DNA from: Candidatus Eiseniibacteriota bacterium | GTDB lineage: Bacteria > Eisenbacteria > RBG-16-71-46 | Reading direction: 5' to 3' | NCBI GenBank assembly: GCA_963725865.1 | Contig: CAVSAC010000014.1 | Span: forward strand, 1,152,001-1,216,000 | DNA: 64,000 nt | Shown here: positions 36,624 through 46,205 of the stretch, piece by piece | How positions within the stretch are numbered: the first letter of the stretch is position 1 | Layout: each line of letters opens with the position of its first letter | Notes under the pieces: generated by a model | What the model saw: only the letters and a program-made list of their open reading frames with translations | Database searches by the model: none | What the model was told of the DNA's origin: nothing | Position numbers and translations under genes: made by a program

Positions 36624-37904
36624 ATGCGTTCCCATCGCTCGATCGCGCTGCTCGGCTTGGCGCTCGCGCTGCTGTGCGCCGCGGCGCCCGCTCCGCGGCG
36701 CCCGACGCCCGCGGAGCCGGTACTGCCGGCGGGGCCGCCCACGCTCCACGTCCCGCCGGGCACGCAGGCCGACTCCGTCCTCGAGGCGCCATCCGGACCG
36801 CTGCTGATCCCCGGCGCGCCGGCGCCGCCGGACACCAGCGCGCAGGCGCGCGCCACGCGGGCCCGCGAGTTCGTGCGGGAGGGCCTTGCGTACGAGCGGA
36901 GTCGGACGCCGGCGGCCGCGATCGCGGCCTACCGCAACGCCGTGATGCTCGACCCCACGGTCCCCGACGCCTACTTCCGCATGGCGGCGCTGTTCGCGGC
37001 GGTGGGCGAGGACCGTCAAGCGAAGGCGTGCCTCGCGGAGGAGCTCCAGCACCATCCCCAGAACACCGAGGCCGGCCGGCTGTTCGGGCTGGTGCTCGCG
37101 CGCTCGGGTGACTCCGGACGCGCGGTGAGCCAGCTCGAGCTGCTCACCCGCCGCGACCCGCGCGACGCGGCCAGCTGGGCCGCGCTGGGCTTCGCCTACA
37201 CCGCGGCCGGCCGGGCGAAGGAGGCCGAGGACGCGTTGCGGCGCGCGCTGCGGCTCGACCCCCGGCAGAGCATGGCCCACCGCGATCTCGGCGTGCTGCT
37301 CGCCTCGCAGGCGCGGAACGACGAGGCGCGCGCCGAGTACGCGCGCGCGGCCGCGCTCGAGCCGCGGGATGCCTCGGTGCCGTTCAACCTCGGCAACCTC
37401 GAGCGCCGGCTCGGCCACGCGGAGCCCGCGCTCGCGGCGTACCGCAAGGCCGAGGCGCTCGACTCCACGTTCTCGTTCGCGCTGCAGGGGCAGGCGCAGG
37501 TGCTGCTGGCGACCGGCCGCGAGGGCGAGGCGGCCGACGTCTACCGCCGCTGGCTGCGAGTGCGGCCCGACGACCACAACGCCCGGCTCGACGCGATCCG
37601 GCTCTACCAGCGGCTCGGGCGCAACGACATGGCGCTCGAGCTGGCACGCAACGGCGTGCGTGCGGAGCCGCGCGGGAGTGATGCCCACCTGATGTACGGC
37701 ATGGCGCTGGGCGCCGCCGGCCAGCGGCGCGAAGCGATGGTCGAGCTCCGCCGCGCGCGCCTGCTGGCGGGCGACGATACCGGGCGCAAGAACGCCGATG
37801 CGCTGATGGACGCGCTCCGCGGCGACGCGCCCGATTCGCTGCGCGCGGCGTTCGCCGAGGACAGCGTGACGCTGGCCCGGCCGCCCGCGCCGAAGGAGTA
37901 CTGA
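36624..37904 (+). CDS. Secreted tetratricopeptide repeat protein
   Basis: Signal peptide; repeated A..ALRLDP..A...LG helices. Confidence 0.85.
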   Translation: MRSHRSIALLGLALALLCAAAPAPRRPTPAEPVLPAGPPTLHVPPGTQADSVLEAPSGPLLIPGAPAPPDTSAQARATRAREFVREGLAYERSRTPAAAIAAYRNAVMLDPTVPDAYFRMAALFAAVGEDRQAKACLAEELQHHPQNTEAGRLFGLVLARSGDSGRAVSQLELLTRRDPRDAASWAALGFAYTAAGRAKEAEDALRRALRLDPRQSMAHRDLGVLLASQARNDEARAEYARAAALEPRDASVPFNLGNLERRLGHAEPALAAYRKAEALDSTFSFALQGQAQVLLATGREGEAADVYRRWLRVRPDDHNARLDAIRLYQRLGRNDMALELARNGVRAEPRGSDAHLMYGMALGAAGQRREAMVELRRARLLAGDDTGRKNADALMDALRGDAPDSLRAAFAEDSVTLARPPAPKEY

Positions 37905-38183
37905 TGCCGACCTCGATCGTCCCGCGCGGCACGCGGCTTCTCGGCCGGCGTCGAGGTGGCGGACCACGTGCCGGGCGCGGTGGATGGCATGCTCGAGGAC
38001 TTCCACGCCGCGATCCGCGCGCTGTGGCGCGCCGAGTGCGTGACGGTCGCCGCGGTGCACGGCTTCGCGCTCGGCGGCGGATTCGAGCTGGCGCTGGCCT
38101 GCGACCTGATGCGTCTCGCCGACGCGCACGAGGGCATCCACGCGTTCCTGGAGAAGCGGCCCCCGGAGTGGAAGAACGGTTGA
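37904..38183 (+). pseudogene. Internally deleted enoyl-CoA hydratase remnant (Dch-like)
   Basis: GFSAGVEVADH...AVHGFALGGGFELALACDL joined directly to C-terminal DAHEGIHAFLEKRPPEW. Confidence 0.75.
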
Positions 38184-38328
38184 CGAGACGCCATCCGCGA
38201 GCGTGCCGGGTCGCCCGGCACCGGGGCACCGGAGTCCGCGCGCAACGGCCCGCCCGCTTGGTCCCCCCGCCGCGCTCGGGTAGAGTCCCTCGTCCTTCAC
38301 GCACCCGGCCGTCGACGGAGGCCCACCG

Positions 38329-39336
38329 ATGCCCCCCACCCTGTACCTCGCCGCGCCGCGCGGGTTCTGCGCCGGCGTGGACCGCGCGATCGACATCGTC
38401 GAGATGGCGCTCCAGGTGTACGGGGCGCCGATCTGGGTGCGCCACGAGATCGTCCACAATCGCCACGTGGTCGACGCGCTCAAGGCCAAGGGCGCGATCT
38501 TCACCGACGACCTCGCCGACGTGCCTGCCGGCGCGGTGGTGATCTTCTCCGCCCACGGCGTCTCGCCGGCGGTGCGCGGCGAAGCCACGACGCGCGGGCT
38601 CAAGGCGCTGGATGCCACCTGCCCGCTGGTGACCAAGGTCCACCTCGAGGCGCTGCGCTACGCCAAACAGGGCTACAGCATCGTGCTGGTCGGCCATCGC
38701 CACCACGTCGAGGTGCAGGGCACGCTGGGCGAGGCGCCGGAGTCGATCGTGGTGGTGGAGTCGGTGGCGGAGGCCGAGGCGCTCGTGCTGCCCGATCCGA
38801 CGAAGGTCGCCTACATCAGCCAGACCACGCTCTCGGTCGACGATGTGAAGGCGATCGTGGAGACGCTCAAGCGGCGCTTCCCGCTCATCCACGAGCCGGC
38901 CAAGGCCGACATCTGCTACGCGACGCAGAACCGCCAGGACGCGGTGAAGGAGCTGGCGGCGCGCTGCTCGGTGATCCTGGTGGTGGGCGCGCCCGCGAGC
39001 AGCAACGCGAACCGGCTGGTCGAAGTGGCGCGGCTGCGGGGCGCCAGCGCGTACCTGATCGAGTCGGCCGCCGACGTGCGGTCCGAGTGGATCGCCGGGG
39101 ACGTGGGCATCACCGCCGGCGCATCGACCCCCGAGCACATCGTGCAGGAGTGCGTCGAGCGCGTGCAGGCGCTGGGCGACTACTCAGTCGAGCGGTTCAC
39201 GCTCGTCGAGGAGCGCGTGATGTTCCCGCTGCCGGGCGAGCTGCTGGCGGCCGCCACCGCGCAGGGCGTCGACGTCGGCGCCGTGAACGCTCGCGCCGCC
39301 GCCCGTGCGACGGGGCGCGAGGACGCCGCGCGCTAG
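38329..39336 (+). CDS. ispH: 4-hydroxy-3-methylbut-2-enyl diphosphate reductase
   Basis: PRGFCAGVDRAI; IVHN; SAHG; DATCPLV; DICYATQNRQ; SSN; TAGASTP. Confidence 0.97.
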   Translation: MPPTLYLAAPRGFCAGVDRAIDIVEMALQVYGAPIWVRHEIVHNRHVVDALKAKGAIFTDDLADVPAGAVVIFSAHGVSPAVRGEATTRGLKALDATCPLVTKVHLEALRYAKQGYSIVLVGHRHHVEVQGTLGEAPESIVVVESVAEAEALVLPDPTKVAYISQTTLSVDDVKAIVETLKRRFPLIHEPAKADICYATQNRQDAVKELAARCSVILVVGAPASSNANRLVEVARLRGASAYLIESAADVRSEWIAGDVGITAGASTPEHIVQECVERVQALGDYSVERFTLVEERVMFPLPGELLAAATAQGVDVGAVNARAAARATGREDAAR

Positions 39337-39343
39337 CGCGCCC

Positions 39344-40192
39344 ATGCTCGCGCCCCGCGTCTTCCTGGTGCCGCACCTGCCGACGCTGGTGCTCGACGAG
39401 CAGCGCCGCCCCGAGACCGAGATGATCGCCGCGCTGCGCGCCGCGCGCGAGGCGTTCCAGTCCGACGGCTTCGAGCTGATCGTGGCGCTGTCGGCCCGCT
39501 GGATGTCGAACGGGCCGTTCCTGGTCGACGAATCCGCACGGCTCTCCACGATCACCGACTACGTGGGGCTCGGAGTGGAGGTGCGCTACAACACGCAGGG
39601 TCATCCGACGCTCGCCCGCGCGCTGGTCGCGGCGGGCGAACAGGCCGGCGTGCGAGTCGGGCCGGCCCGGCGCGGAGTCGACAGCGGGGTCAGCGTGCCG
39701 CTCCACTTCCTGGCGCCCGAGCGGCGCGTGCGCGTGGTGCCGCTCTCGCTCGCCCCGCTCGACGCGGCCGCGCACCGCGTATGGGGGCACGCGCTGCGCG
39801 AGACCCTCGAGGCGCGCGAGGAGCGCATCGCGTTCGTGGTCGGCGGGGTGCTGTCGGCGAACCTGCATGCGTGGAACCTCAAGCGCGAGCTGGCCGGCTC
39901 ACGCGAGTTCGACGCGTGGGCGCTGGAGGCGCTGAAGCAGGGCGCGTGGGACTCGCTCGCTCGCCCCCCGCGGAAGTGGCTCAAGGACGCCCGGCCCGAG
40001 GCGCGCCTGCGCCACCTCGAGCTGCTGCGCGGCTTCCTGGGCGAGGACGCGCGCGGCGAAGTGCGCTGCTACGAGGCGGCGCCCGGCATGGGCTGCGCGC
40101 TGGTCGAGTTCGAGCTGGCACCCGCCCGGGTGGTGCCGCGCACGGTGGACGACGCCGGCGACCCGGCGCCGTTCCAGGACACCGACGCCTGA
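39344..40192 (+). CDS. LigB/DODA-like class III extradiol dioxygenase fold protein with degenerate metal ligands
   Basis: VPHLP; SARW; GHPTLA; GVDSGVSVPL; WGHALR; GVLSAN; FD..L..L. Confidence 0.7.
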   Translation: MLAPRVFLVPHLPTLVLDEQRRPETEMIAALRAAREAFQSDGFELIVALSARWMSNGPFLVDESARLSTITDYVGLGVEVRYNTQGHPTLARALVAAGEQAGVRVGPARRGVDSGVSVPLHFLAPERRVRVVPLSLAPLDAAAHRVWGHALRETLEAREERIAFVVGGVLSANLHAWNLKRELAGSREFDAWALEALKQGAWDSLARPPRKWLKDARPEARLRHLELLRGFLGEDARGEVRCYEAAPGMGCALVEFELAPARVVPRTVDDAGDPAPFQDTDA

Positions 40193-40210
40193 CCTCGCGC
40201 GGCGCGGCCG

Positions 40211-40282
40211 GGGATCCCGCCGCACCACGCGGCGGGTGACGCGGCGCGGCTAGGGATCCAGCCGCACCACGCGACGGGTGAC
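40211..40282. repeat. 30-bp direct repeat (28/30 identical) duplicating the 3' end of the GSDH-like gene
   Basis: 40211-40240 gggatcccgccgcaccacgcggcgggtgac vs 40253-40282 gggatccagccgcaccacgcgacgggtgac. Confidence 0.85.
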
Positions 40283-41593
40283 TGGGCGCGTGCCGTCGTC
40301 CATCCGCACGAAGTAGACCCCGTGCGGCACCGCGCGCCCGGCGTCGTCGCGCCCGTCCCAGGTGAGGGCTCCGCGGACGCCGTCCCAGGCGCGCACCCGG
40401 CGGCCCGCCACATCGGCGATCGCCACCCGCGCCGGCGCGGCGCCAGCGGGCAGCGCGAGCCGCAGCTCGCGGCGGAACGGGTTCGGCGCCAGCGCGAACG
40501 CCTCGATCCGCGGCGCCCCCCCGACATCGCTGGTCGCCGACGGCAGCAGGATGCGGATGTCGCTCAGCGTCGCGATGTAGACGTAGCCATCGGGGCCGAC
40601 GGTGACGTCGAGCACCGCGCCGCCGGGCTTCACGGCGAGCGTCTCGAGCGTGTCGATCACGTCGGGCTCGCCAGCACGGAACACCGCGCGCCGCAGATCG
40701 CCGTCGTTGAACGCGGTGAACAGCAGGTCGCCGTCGAGCTGCGGGTAGCGCGTGCCGCGGTAGACCGCGCAGCCGGTCGGCGCGATGGTGGGCGTGAATG
40801 ACCACAGCGGCGCGAGCGTGCCGGGCGGCACCAGGCCGCACGAGTTCGACTGGTCCCAGCCGTAGTCGGCGCCGATCGTCAGGCGGTTCAGCTCGTCGTT
40901 GCAGTCCGGCCCGTTCTCGGTGAAGTACCCCTCGCCGGTGAGCGGATCGAAGCAGATGCCGAATGGATTGCGCACGCCCATCGCGCCGGCCGGATTGTGC
41001 GCGCCGAACGGATTCGCGGGTGCCGCTCGCCCGGTGGTGGTCATGCGCAGGATCTTGCCGCGGATGTCCGCCGGGTCGCGCGGTGCGAGGCCGGTGGTCT
41101 GATCGCCGATGCTGGCGTACAGCATGCCGTCGGGACCGAACGCGAGGCGGCCGCCCTGGTGGAAGTCGCTCAACGACGGCAGGCTGTCGCGGATGATCGC
41201 GAGCTGGGTGCCGACGCCGGAGCTGTCGGTCATGCGCACGATGCGGTTGAACAGGGTCACCGCGTCGGAATAGAACAGGTAGACGTAGGGCGAGTCCGCG
41301 AACGCCGGGTGCAGCGCCATGCCGAGCAGACCGCGCTCGCCGCCGGTGCGGACTGGCAGCGTGGTCCACGGCGAGGCGCTCGGCGAGGTGGGGGTCTCGA
41401 ACACCATGACGCGCCCGGTCAGGCGCTCGAGGTAGAACAAGCGCCCGTCGGGCGCGAACCGCAGCTGGGTCGGGAACGCCACGGTGGGCTGGACGATCTG
41501 GAACACCATGGTCGGGATGGTGGCCCGGACCGCGGTGGGAGCGAGCACGGCGAGCAGCGACAGCGCGGCGGCGAGGCGTTTCGAGGGGGTCAT
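40250..41593 (-). CDS. Secreted PQQ-dependent sugar dehydrogenase-like (GSDH) protein with FlgD/T9SS-like CTD
   Basis: Signal peptide; GERGLLGMALHP; HQGGRLAFGPDGMLY; GKILR; GVRNPFG; APNPF...WDGRDDAGRAVPHGVYFVR. Confidence 0.88.
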   Translation of the reverse strand: MTPSKRLAAALSLLAVLAPTAVRATIPTMVFQIVQPTVAFPTQLRFAPDGRLFYLERLTGRVMVFETPTSPSASPWTTLPVRTGGERGLLGMALHPAFADSPYVYLFYSDAVTLFNRIVRMTDSSGVGTQLAIIRDSLPSLSDFHQGGRLAFGPDGMLYASIGDQTTGLAPRDPADIRGKILRMTTTGRAAPANPFGAHNPAGAMGVRNPFGICFDPLTGEGYFTENGPDCNDELNRLTIGADYGWDQSNSCGLVPPGTLAPLWSFTPTIAPTGCAVYRGTRYPQLDGDLLFTAFNDGDLRRAVFRAGEPDVIDTLETLAVKPGGAVLDVTVGPDGYVYIATLSDIRILLPSATSDVGGAPRIEAFALAPNPFRRELRLALPAGAAPARVAIADVAGRRVRAWDGVRGALTWDGRDDAGRAVPHGVYFVRMDDGTRPVTRRVVRLDP

Positions 41594-41708
41594 GAGGGTT
41601 CCTTTCGGCCAATGAGTGTACCCCGGGGAGCCGCGAGCCCGTGTGCTATTTTGCCGTTCCGAGTGCCCTGCGCCGCCGGCGCGGGGAGGTCCGCGACCGG
41701 AGACCCAC

Positions 41709-42939
41709 GTGCGCATCCTGTTCGTCAACGCGTTCCACTGGCTGAAAGGCGGGGTGGAGCGCACGGTCTTCGACGAGACGCGCTGGCTGACCGCGGCCGG
41801 CCACTCGGTCGCCCACCTCGCGATCCAGGACCCCCGCAACGCGCCCAGCCCGACCGCCGCCTGGTTCGCCCCCGCGGTGGACTTTGGCGAGGGGGCTCCG
41901 GTGCTGCCGCAGCTCGCCCACCTGCCGAGCGCCATCTGGTCGAGCGATGCCGAGCTGTGCATGCGGCACCTGGTGCAGGCCTGGCGGCCCGATCTCGCGC
42001 ACGTCCACGCCCCGAGCCGCTACCTGACGCCGTCGGTGCTGCGGCCGCTGGAGTCGCTGCGGGTCCCGGTCGTGATGACGCTTGCACGACTTCAAGCCGT
42101 GGTGCACCAACCGCCAGCTGTTCGCGCTCGGCGCCCCGTGCGAGCGCTGCCACGGCGGCGCGCACTGGCACGCGTTCGCCACCGGGTGCGTGCAGGGCTC
42201 GCGCATGAAGAGCGCGATCGCGGCGATCGAAGCGTACGCGCACGACGCGATCGACGCCTATCGCAACGTGCGGTTGTGGATCGCGCCGTCGCGCTTCGTG
42301 GCGGACAAGGCCGCCTCGCTTGGCGCCGATGCCCGGCACGTGCGCGTGCTGCCGCACGGTCTCGAGCCCCCGCCGACCCTGGGTGATGGAGCGGCCGGCG
42401 GCGCCCATGCCGCGCCCGGCGAGCCGTACGTGCTGGCGTTCGGGCGGCTCTCGCAGGAGAAGGGCGTGCACCTGCTGCCGGCGGTCGCGCGCGCGATCGC
42501 GCCCACGCCGCTCGCGGTGGCGGGCGCGGGGCCGCTCGAGGCGGCGCTGCGCCGCGAGCGACCCGCGAACCTGGCGCTGCTCGGCCGCATGGACGACGGG
42601 CAGCTCGCGCCGCTGCGCGCGCACGCGGCGGCGGTACTGGTGCCGAGCCTGTTCCCCGAGACGTTCGGCTACAGCGTGGCCGAGGCGCTGCTCGACGGGC
42701 GGGCGGTGGTGGCGTCGCGCATCGGCGCGCTGCCGGAGCTGATCGAGCACGAGGCGAGCGGCCTGCTGGTGCCGCCCGGCGACGCCGACGCGCTGATCGC
42801 CGCGACGAGGCGCGCGCTGAGCGATGCCGCCGCGCCACGCTGGGGCGCCGCGGCCCGCGCGCGCACGCTGGCGCTCACCGAGCCTCGGCGTCACGTCGAG
42901 GGGCTGCTCGCGATCTATCGCGAGGCGCTGGCGAGCTGA
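41709..42939 (+). CDS. Glycosyltransferase family 4; 1-nt frameshift near 42082
   Basis: RILFVN...GGVE; PVVMTL/HDF; GRLSQEKG; PSLFPETFGYSVAEA; SRIGALPE. Confidence 0.85.
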
Positions 42940-43005
42940 GCGGCGGCCGGATCGCCGCCGCCGGCGATGCCCGTGGCGATGCCAGCGGCAGGTGTCCGCG
43001 GAACC

Positions 43006-43578
43006 TCAGCGCTGCGCGCCGAACTCCCACGCCGTGAGCCCCGCCTCCAGCGTCACGCCGAGCCCCAGCACCATGCGGTTCGCGTACGCGAAGTAGCCGG
43101 CGATCGCGAGCGCCCGCACGATCGCCGGGTCGTCGAAGCCGTACTCGCGCACGCGCTCGATGTCGTCGAGCTTGCGCTCGTCGGGCTCGCAGGTCAGCGC
43201 CACCACGGCATCGAGCAGCACGCGGTCGCGCGCGGCCAGGTTGGCCTCGCGGTAGTCGATCGCCACCGCGCGCGCCAGCGCCTCGTCGACGCCGGCCTTG
43301 ATCAGGCGCAGGCCGTGATGCGCGACGCAGTACCCGCAACCGTTGGTGGCCGAGACCACCAGCGCGATCAGCTCGGCCTGCGCGCGGGTGAGCGGCGCGG
43401 GGTCGTCCATGAGCGCGCGCAGGTGGACGAAGCCGGCCGCCAGTCCCGGCGGGTCGAGCGCCAGCGCCTGCCAGAGGTTCGACACCTGCCGGTGGCTCGA
43501 GCGCTCGGCGATCTCGGCGTACAGGTCCTTCAGCCCGCCGGCGGCCTCGGCCGGGGGAACGGTGCGGGTCCAGGACAT
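43006..43578 (-). CDS. AhpD/CMD-family peroxidase-related protein
   Basis: ELIALVVSATNGCGYCVAHH; FAYANR. Confidence 0.88.
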   Translation of the reverse strand: MSWTRTVPPAEAAGGLKDLYAEIAERSSHRQVSNLWQALALDPPGLAAGFVHLRALMDDPAPLTRAQAELIALVVSATNGCGYCVAHHGLRLIKAGVDEALARAVAIDYREANLAARDRVLLDAVVALTCEPDERKLDDIERVREYGFDDPAIVRALAIAGYFAYANRMVLGLGVTLEAGLTAWEFGAQR

Positions 43579-43696
43579 GCGGGGCTCCTCTCGTGGGCGC
43601 GCATGCTAGCACGGGCGGCCGCGGGCGAGCGGGGGAGGCCACGCCCGCGCTAGAATGCCGCCTCGCACGCGCGGGGCGTGCGACTCTGAGGGCCTC

Positions 43697-44404
43697 ATGC
43701 GCATCGCCGACATGAACTGGATGCAGGTCGAGCAATATCTCGCGCGCGACGACCGCGCGGTGGTGCCGGTGGGCTCGACCGAGCAGCACGCGTACCTGAG
43801 CCTCGCCACCGACGGCATCCTCGCCGAGCGCGTGGCGGTCGAGGCGGCCGAGCCGCTCGCGGTGCCGGTGTTCCCGTGCATCGCGTACGGCGTGACGCCG
43901 CGCTTCAGCGCCTACCCCGGCACCATCACGCTGCGCGAGGAGACGCTCGCCGCGGTCGTGCGCGACGTGCTGGCGGCGCTCGCGGGGCAGGGCTTTCGCC
44001 GCGTGCTGCTCGTGAACGGACACGGTGGCAACGACGTGCTGCACCCGGTCGCGGCGCAGTTCCAGGCGGCGCACCCGGCAATTAGTGTGCGCGTGCACGA
44101 CTGGTGGAGGGCGCCGCAGACGTGGGCGAAGGCGGAGGCGATCGATCCGGTCGCCTCGCACGCCTCGTGGATGGAGAACTTCCCGTGGACGCGGGTGGCC
44201 GGCGTGGCGCTGCCGGACGTACCGAAGCCGCCGGTGGACTGGACCGCGATCCGGGACCTGCCACCCGCGACGCTGCGCGTGGAGCTGGGCGACGGCAACT
44301 TCGGCGGGCGCTACCAGCGCTCGGACGACGACGCGTACGCGCTGTGGCGCGCGGCGGTCGACGAGACGCGCGCGCTGCTCGAGCGCGGGTGGGAGGGCGC
44401 ATGA
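43697..44404 (+). CDS. Creatininase-family amidohydrolase
   Basis: PVGSTEQH; TD; YPGT; NGHGGN; HASWME. Confidence 0.9.
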   Translation: MRIADMNWMQVEQYLARDDRAVVPVGSTEQHAYLSLATDGILAERVAVEAAEPLAVPVFPCIAYGVTPRFSAYPGTITLREETLAAVVRDVLAALAGQGFRRVLLVNGHGGNDVLHPVAAQFQAAHPAISVRVHDWWRAPQTWAKAEAIDPVASHASWMENFPWTRVAGVALPDVPKPPVDWTAIRDLPPATLRVELGDGNFGGRYQRSDDDAYALWRAAVDETRALLERGWEGA

Positions 44405-44844
44405 GCGGCGCGCGCGCGCGGGCGCGCTGGATCGGGCTGATCGCCGTGGCGGTGGTGGTCGCGGGGCTCGCGCTGGCGATGCGACAGGCGCGCCGCGCGG
44501 ATGCGCCGCCGCCCGCCGCCGCGCCCGATTCCGGTGCCGCGGGCGATGCGATGATCGAGCAGGCGCTGCGCGCGGCGCCGATCGATTCGGCCGTGATCAA
44601 GAGCCGCTGGGTCGACCAGGTCGCGGGGCTCGAGTACGACGACCTCGATTCCACGAAGCGCGAACTGTTCCTGCGCTTCGCGAACGCGGAGCGCTGCGAG
44701 TGCGGATGCGGCTACACGCTGGCGGGCTGCCTCGCCTCCGACATGACCTGCGAGGAGAGTCGCCCGCACGCGCAGGCGCTGCTCGATTCGGTGCGCGCGG
44801 GGCTCGTCCGAACGGCCCGGGGCGTGCGCGAACGCCCCCGTTGA
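44401..44844 (+). CDS. Membrane-anchored hypothetical protein with CxCGC-x6-C-x6-C motif
   Basis: ATGA overlap; N-terminal TM helix; CECGCGYTLAGCLASDMTC. Confidence 0.7.
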   Translation: MSGARARARWIGLIAVAVVVAGLALAMRQARRADAPPPAAAPDSGAAGDAMIEQALRAAPIDSAVIKSRWVDQVAGLEYDDLDSTKRELFLRFANAERCECGCGYTLAGCLASDMTCEESRPHAQALLDSVRAGLVRTARGVRERPR

Positions 44845-44860
44845 GGCGCATCCGGAACGG

Positions 44861-44890
44861 TTGACAGTGCGAGAAGGCGAGGGCTACCTT
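44861..44890 (+). promoter_or_regulatory. Putative sigma70 promoter for sod
   Basis: TTGACA-18 nt-TACCTT. Confidence 0.6.
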
Positions 44891-44958
44891 CGCAGTCCTC
44901 CCACGCGCCGAGTCACGGGGCGGTCCCTCGTCCGCCCTTTCCTTCAGGAGGTACTCCC

Positions 44959-45573
44959 ATGGCATGGAAGAAGCTCGAACCCAAGACCTTCGCATCGATC
45001 CGCGAGCTCAAGGGCATCAGCCTGCGCACCAACGAAGAGCACTACGAGCTCTACAAGGGCTACGTGGGCAAGGTGAACGAGATCCAGGGCCGCCTCGACG
45101 GTGTCGATCGCACCACGGCGAACCAGATCTACAGCGACTACCGGGCGCTGCGCGTCGACCTGTCGTTCGCGATCGGTGGGGTGAAGAACCACGAGATCTA
45201 CTTCGGCCACCTCGGTGGCGAGGGCGGCCAGCCCAAGGGCCGGCTGCTCGAGATGATTCATCGTGATTTCCCCTCGTACGACGCGTGGCTGCAGGACTTC
45301 AAGGCGTGCGGCATCGCGGCACGCGGCTGGGTCTGGCTCGCCTACGATCACGACTGGCACACGCTGACCACCGTGCTGGGCGACGCGCAGAACACGTTTC
45401 CGGTGTGGAACGCGACCCCCGTGCTCGCGCTCGACACCTACGAGCACGCGTACTGGATCGACTACGGCCGGGCGCGCGCGAAGTACATCGACGCCTTCTT
45501 CAACAACCTCGACTGGAACGTCGTGGCCGCCAATCTGGACCGGGCGCTCGCCATGCAGGCGATCCAGAAGTAG
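44959..45573 (+). CDS. sod: Fe/Mn superoxide dismutase
   Basis: AGGAGG RBS; EH..LYKGYV; NHEIYF; GWVWL; LDTYEHAY. Confidence 0.92.
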   Translation: MAWKKLEPKTFASIRELKGISLRTNEEHYELYKGYVGKVNEIQGRLDGVDRTTANQIYSDYRALRVDLSFAIGGVKNHEIYFGHLGGEGGQPKGRLLEMIHRDFPSYDAWLQDFKACGIAARGWVWLAYDHDWHTLTTVLGDAQNTFPVWNATPVLALDTYEHAYWIDYGRARAKYIDAFFNNLDWNVVAANLDRALAMQAIQK

Positions 45574-45655
45574 AGGGACGACGACCACGGGGACGTTCAC
45601 GCCGTCCCCACGGAGCCGGGCTCCCGAGGGAGCCCGGACCGTTTTCGGAGGAGAC

Positions 45656-46138
45656 ATGCCCACCAGCCAGATGCCGGTGATCATCGGACGACCGGCGCCC
45701 GATTTCGCGCTGCCGTCCACGACCGGCGAGACCATCACGCTCAAGCAGTACAAGGGCAAGCAGACCGTCGTGCTCTACTTCTATCCCAAAGACGAGACGC
45801 CGGGCTGCACCAAGGAGGCGTGCGGATTCCGCGACCTCGCGGCGGAGTTCGCGAAGCTCAACACCGTCATCCTCGGGGTCTCGAACGACCCGATGGAGTC
45901 GCACCTGGCGTTCCGCGACAAGCACAAGCTGCCGTTCCCGCTGCTCGCGGACGAGGACGCCACGGTCTCGAAGCAGTACGGCGTCTACAAGCAGAAGAAC
46001 CTCTACGGCAAGAAGTACATGGGCATCGAGCGCACCACGTTCGTGATCGACCGCACCGGACGCATCGCGCAGATCTATCCGAAGGTGAAGGTCGACGGAC
46101 ACGTGCAGGAACTGCTGGGATTCCTGGGCGAGGACTGA
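45656..46138 (+). CDS. bcp: Peroxiredoxin Bcp/PrxQ
   Basis: YFYPKDETPGCTKEACGFRD; GIERTTF. Confidence 0.95.
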   Translation: MPTSQMPVIIGRPAPDFALPSTTGETITLKQYKGKQTVVLYFYPKDETPGCTKEACGFRDLAAEFAKLNTVILGVSNDPMESHLAFRDKHKLPFPLLADEDATVSKQYGVYKQKNLYGKKYMGIERTTFVIDRTGRIAQIYPKVKVDGHVQELLGFLGED

Positions 46139-46205
46139 GCCCCCGGTGACCCTCGGCGCCCCCCGCGCCGGGTGACCCGCCGCCCGACCCGCGCCCGAGG
46201 GCGAT

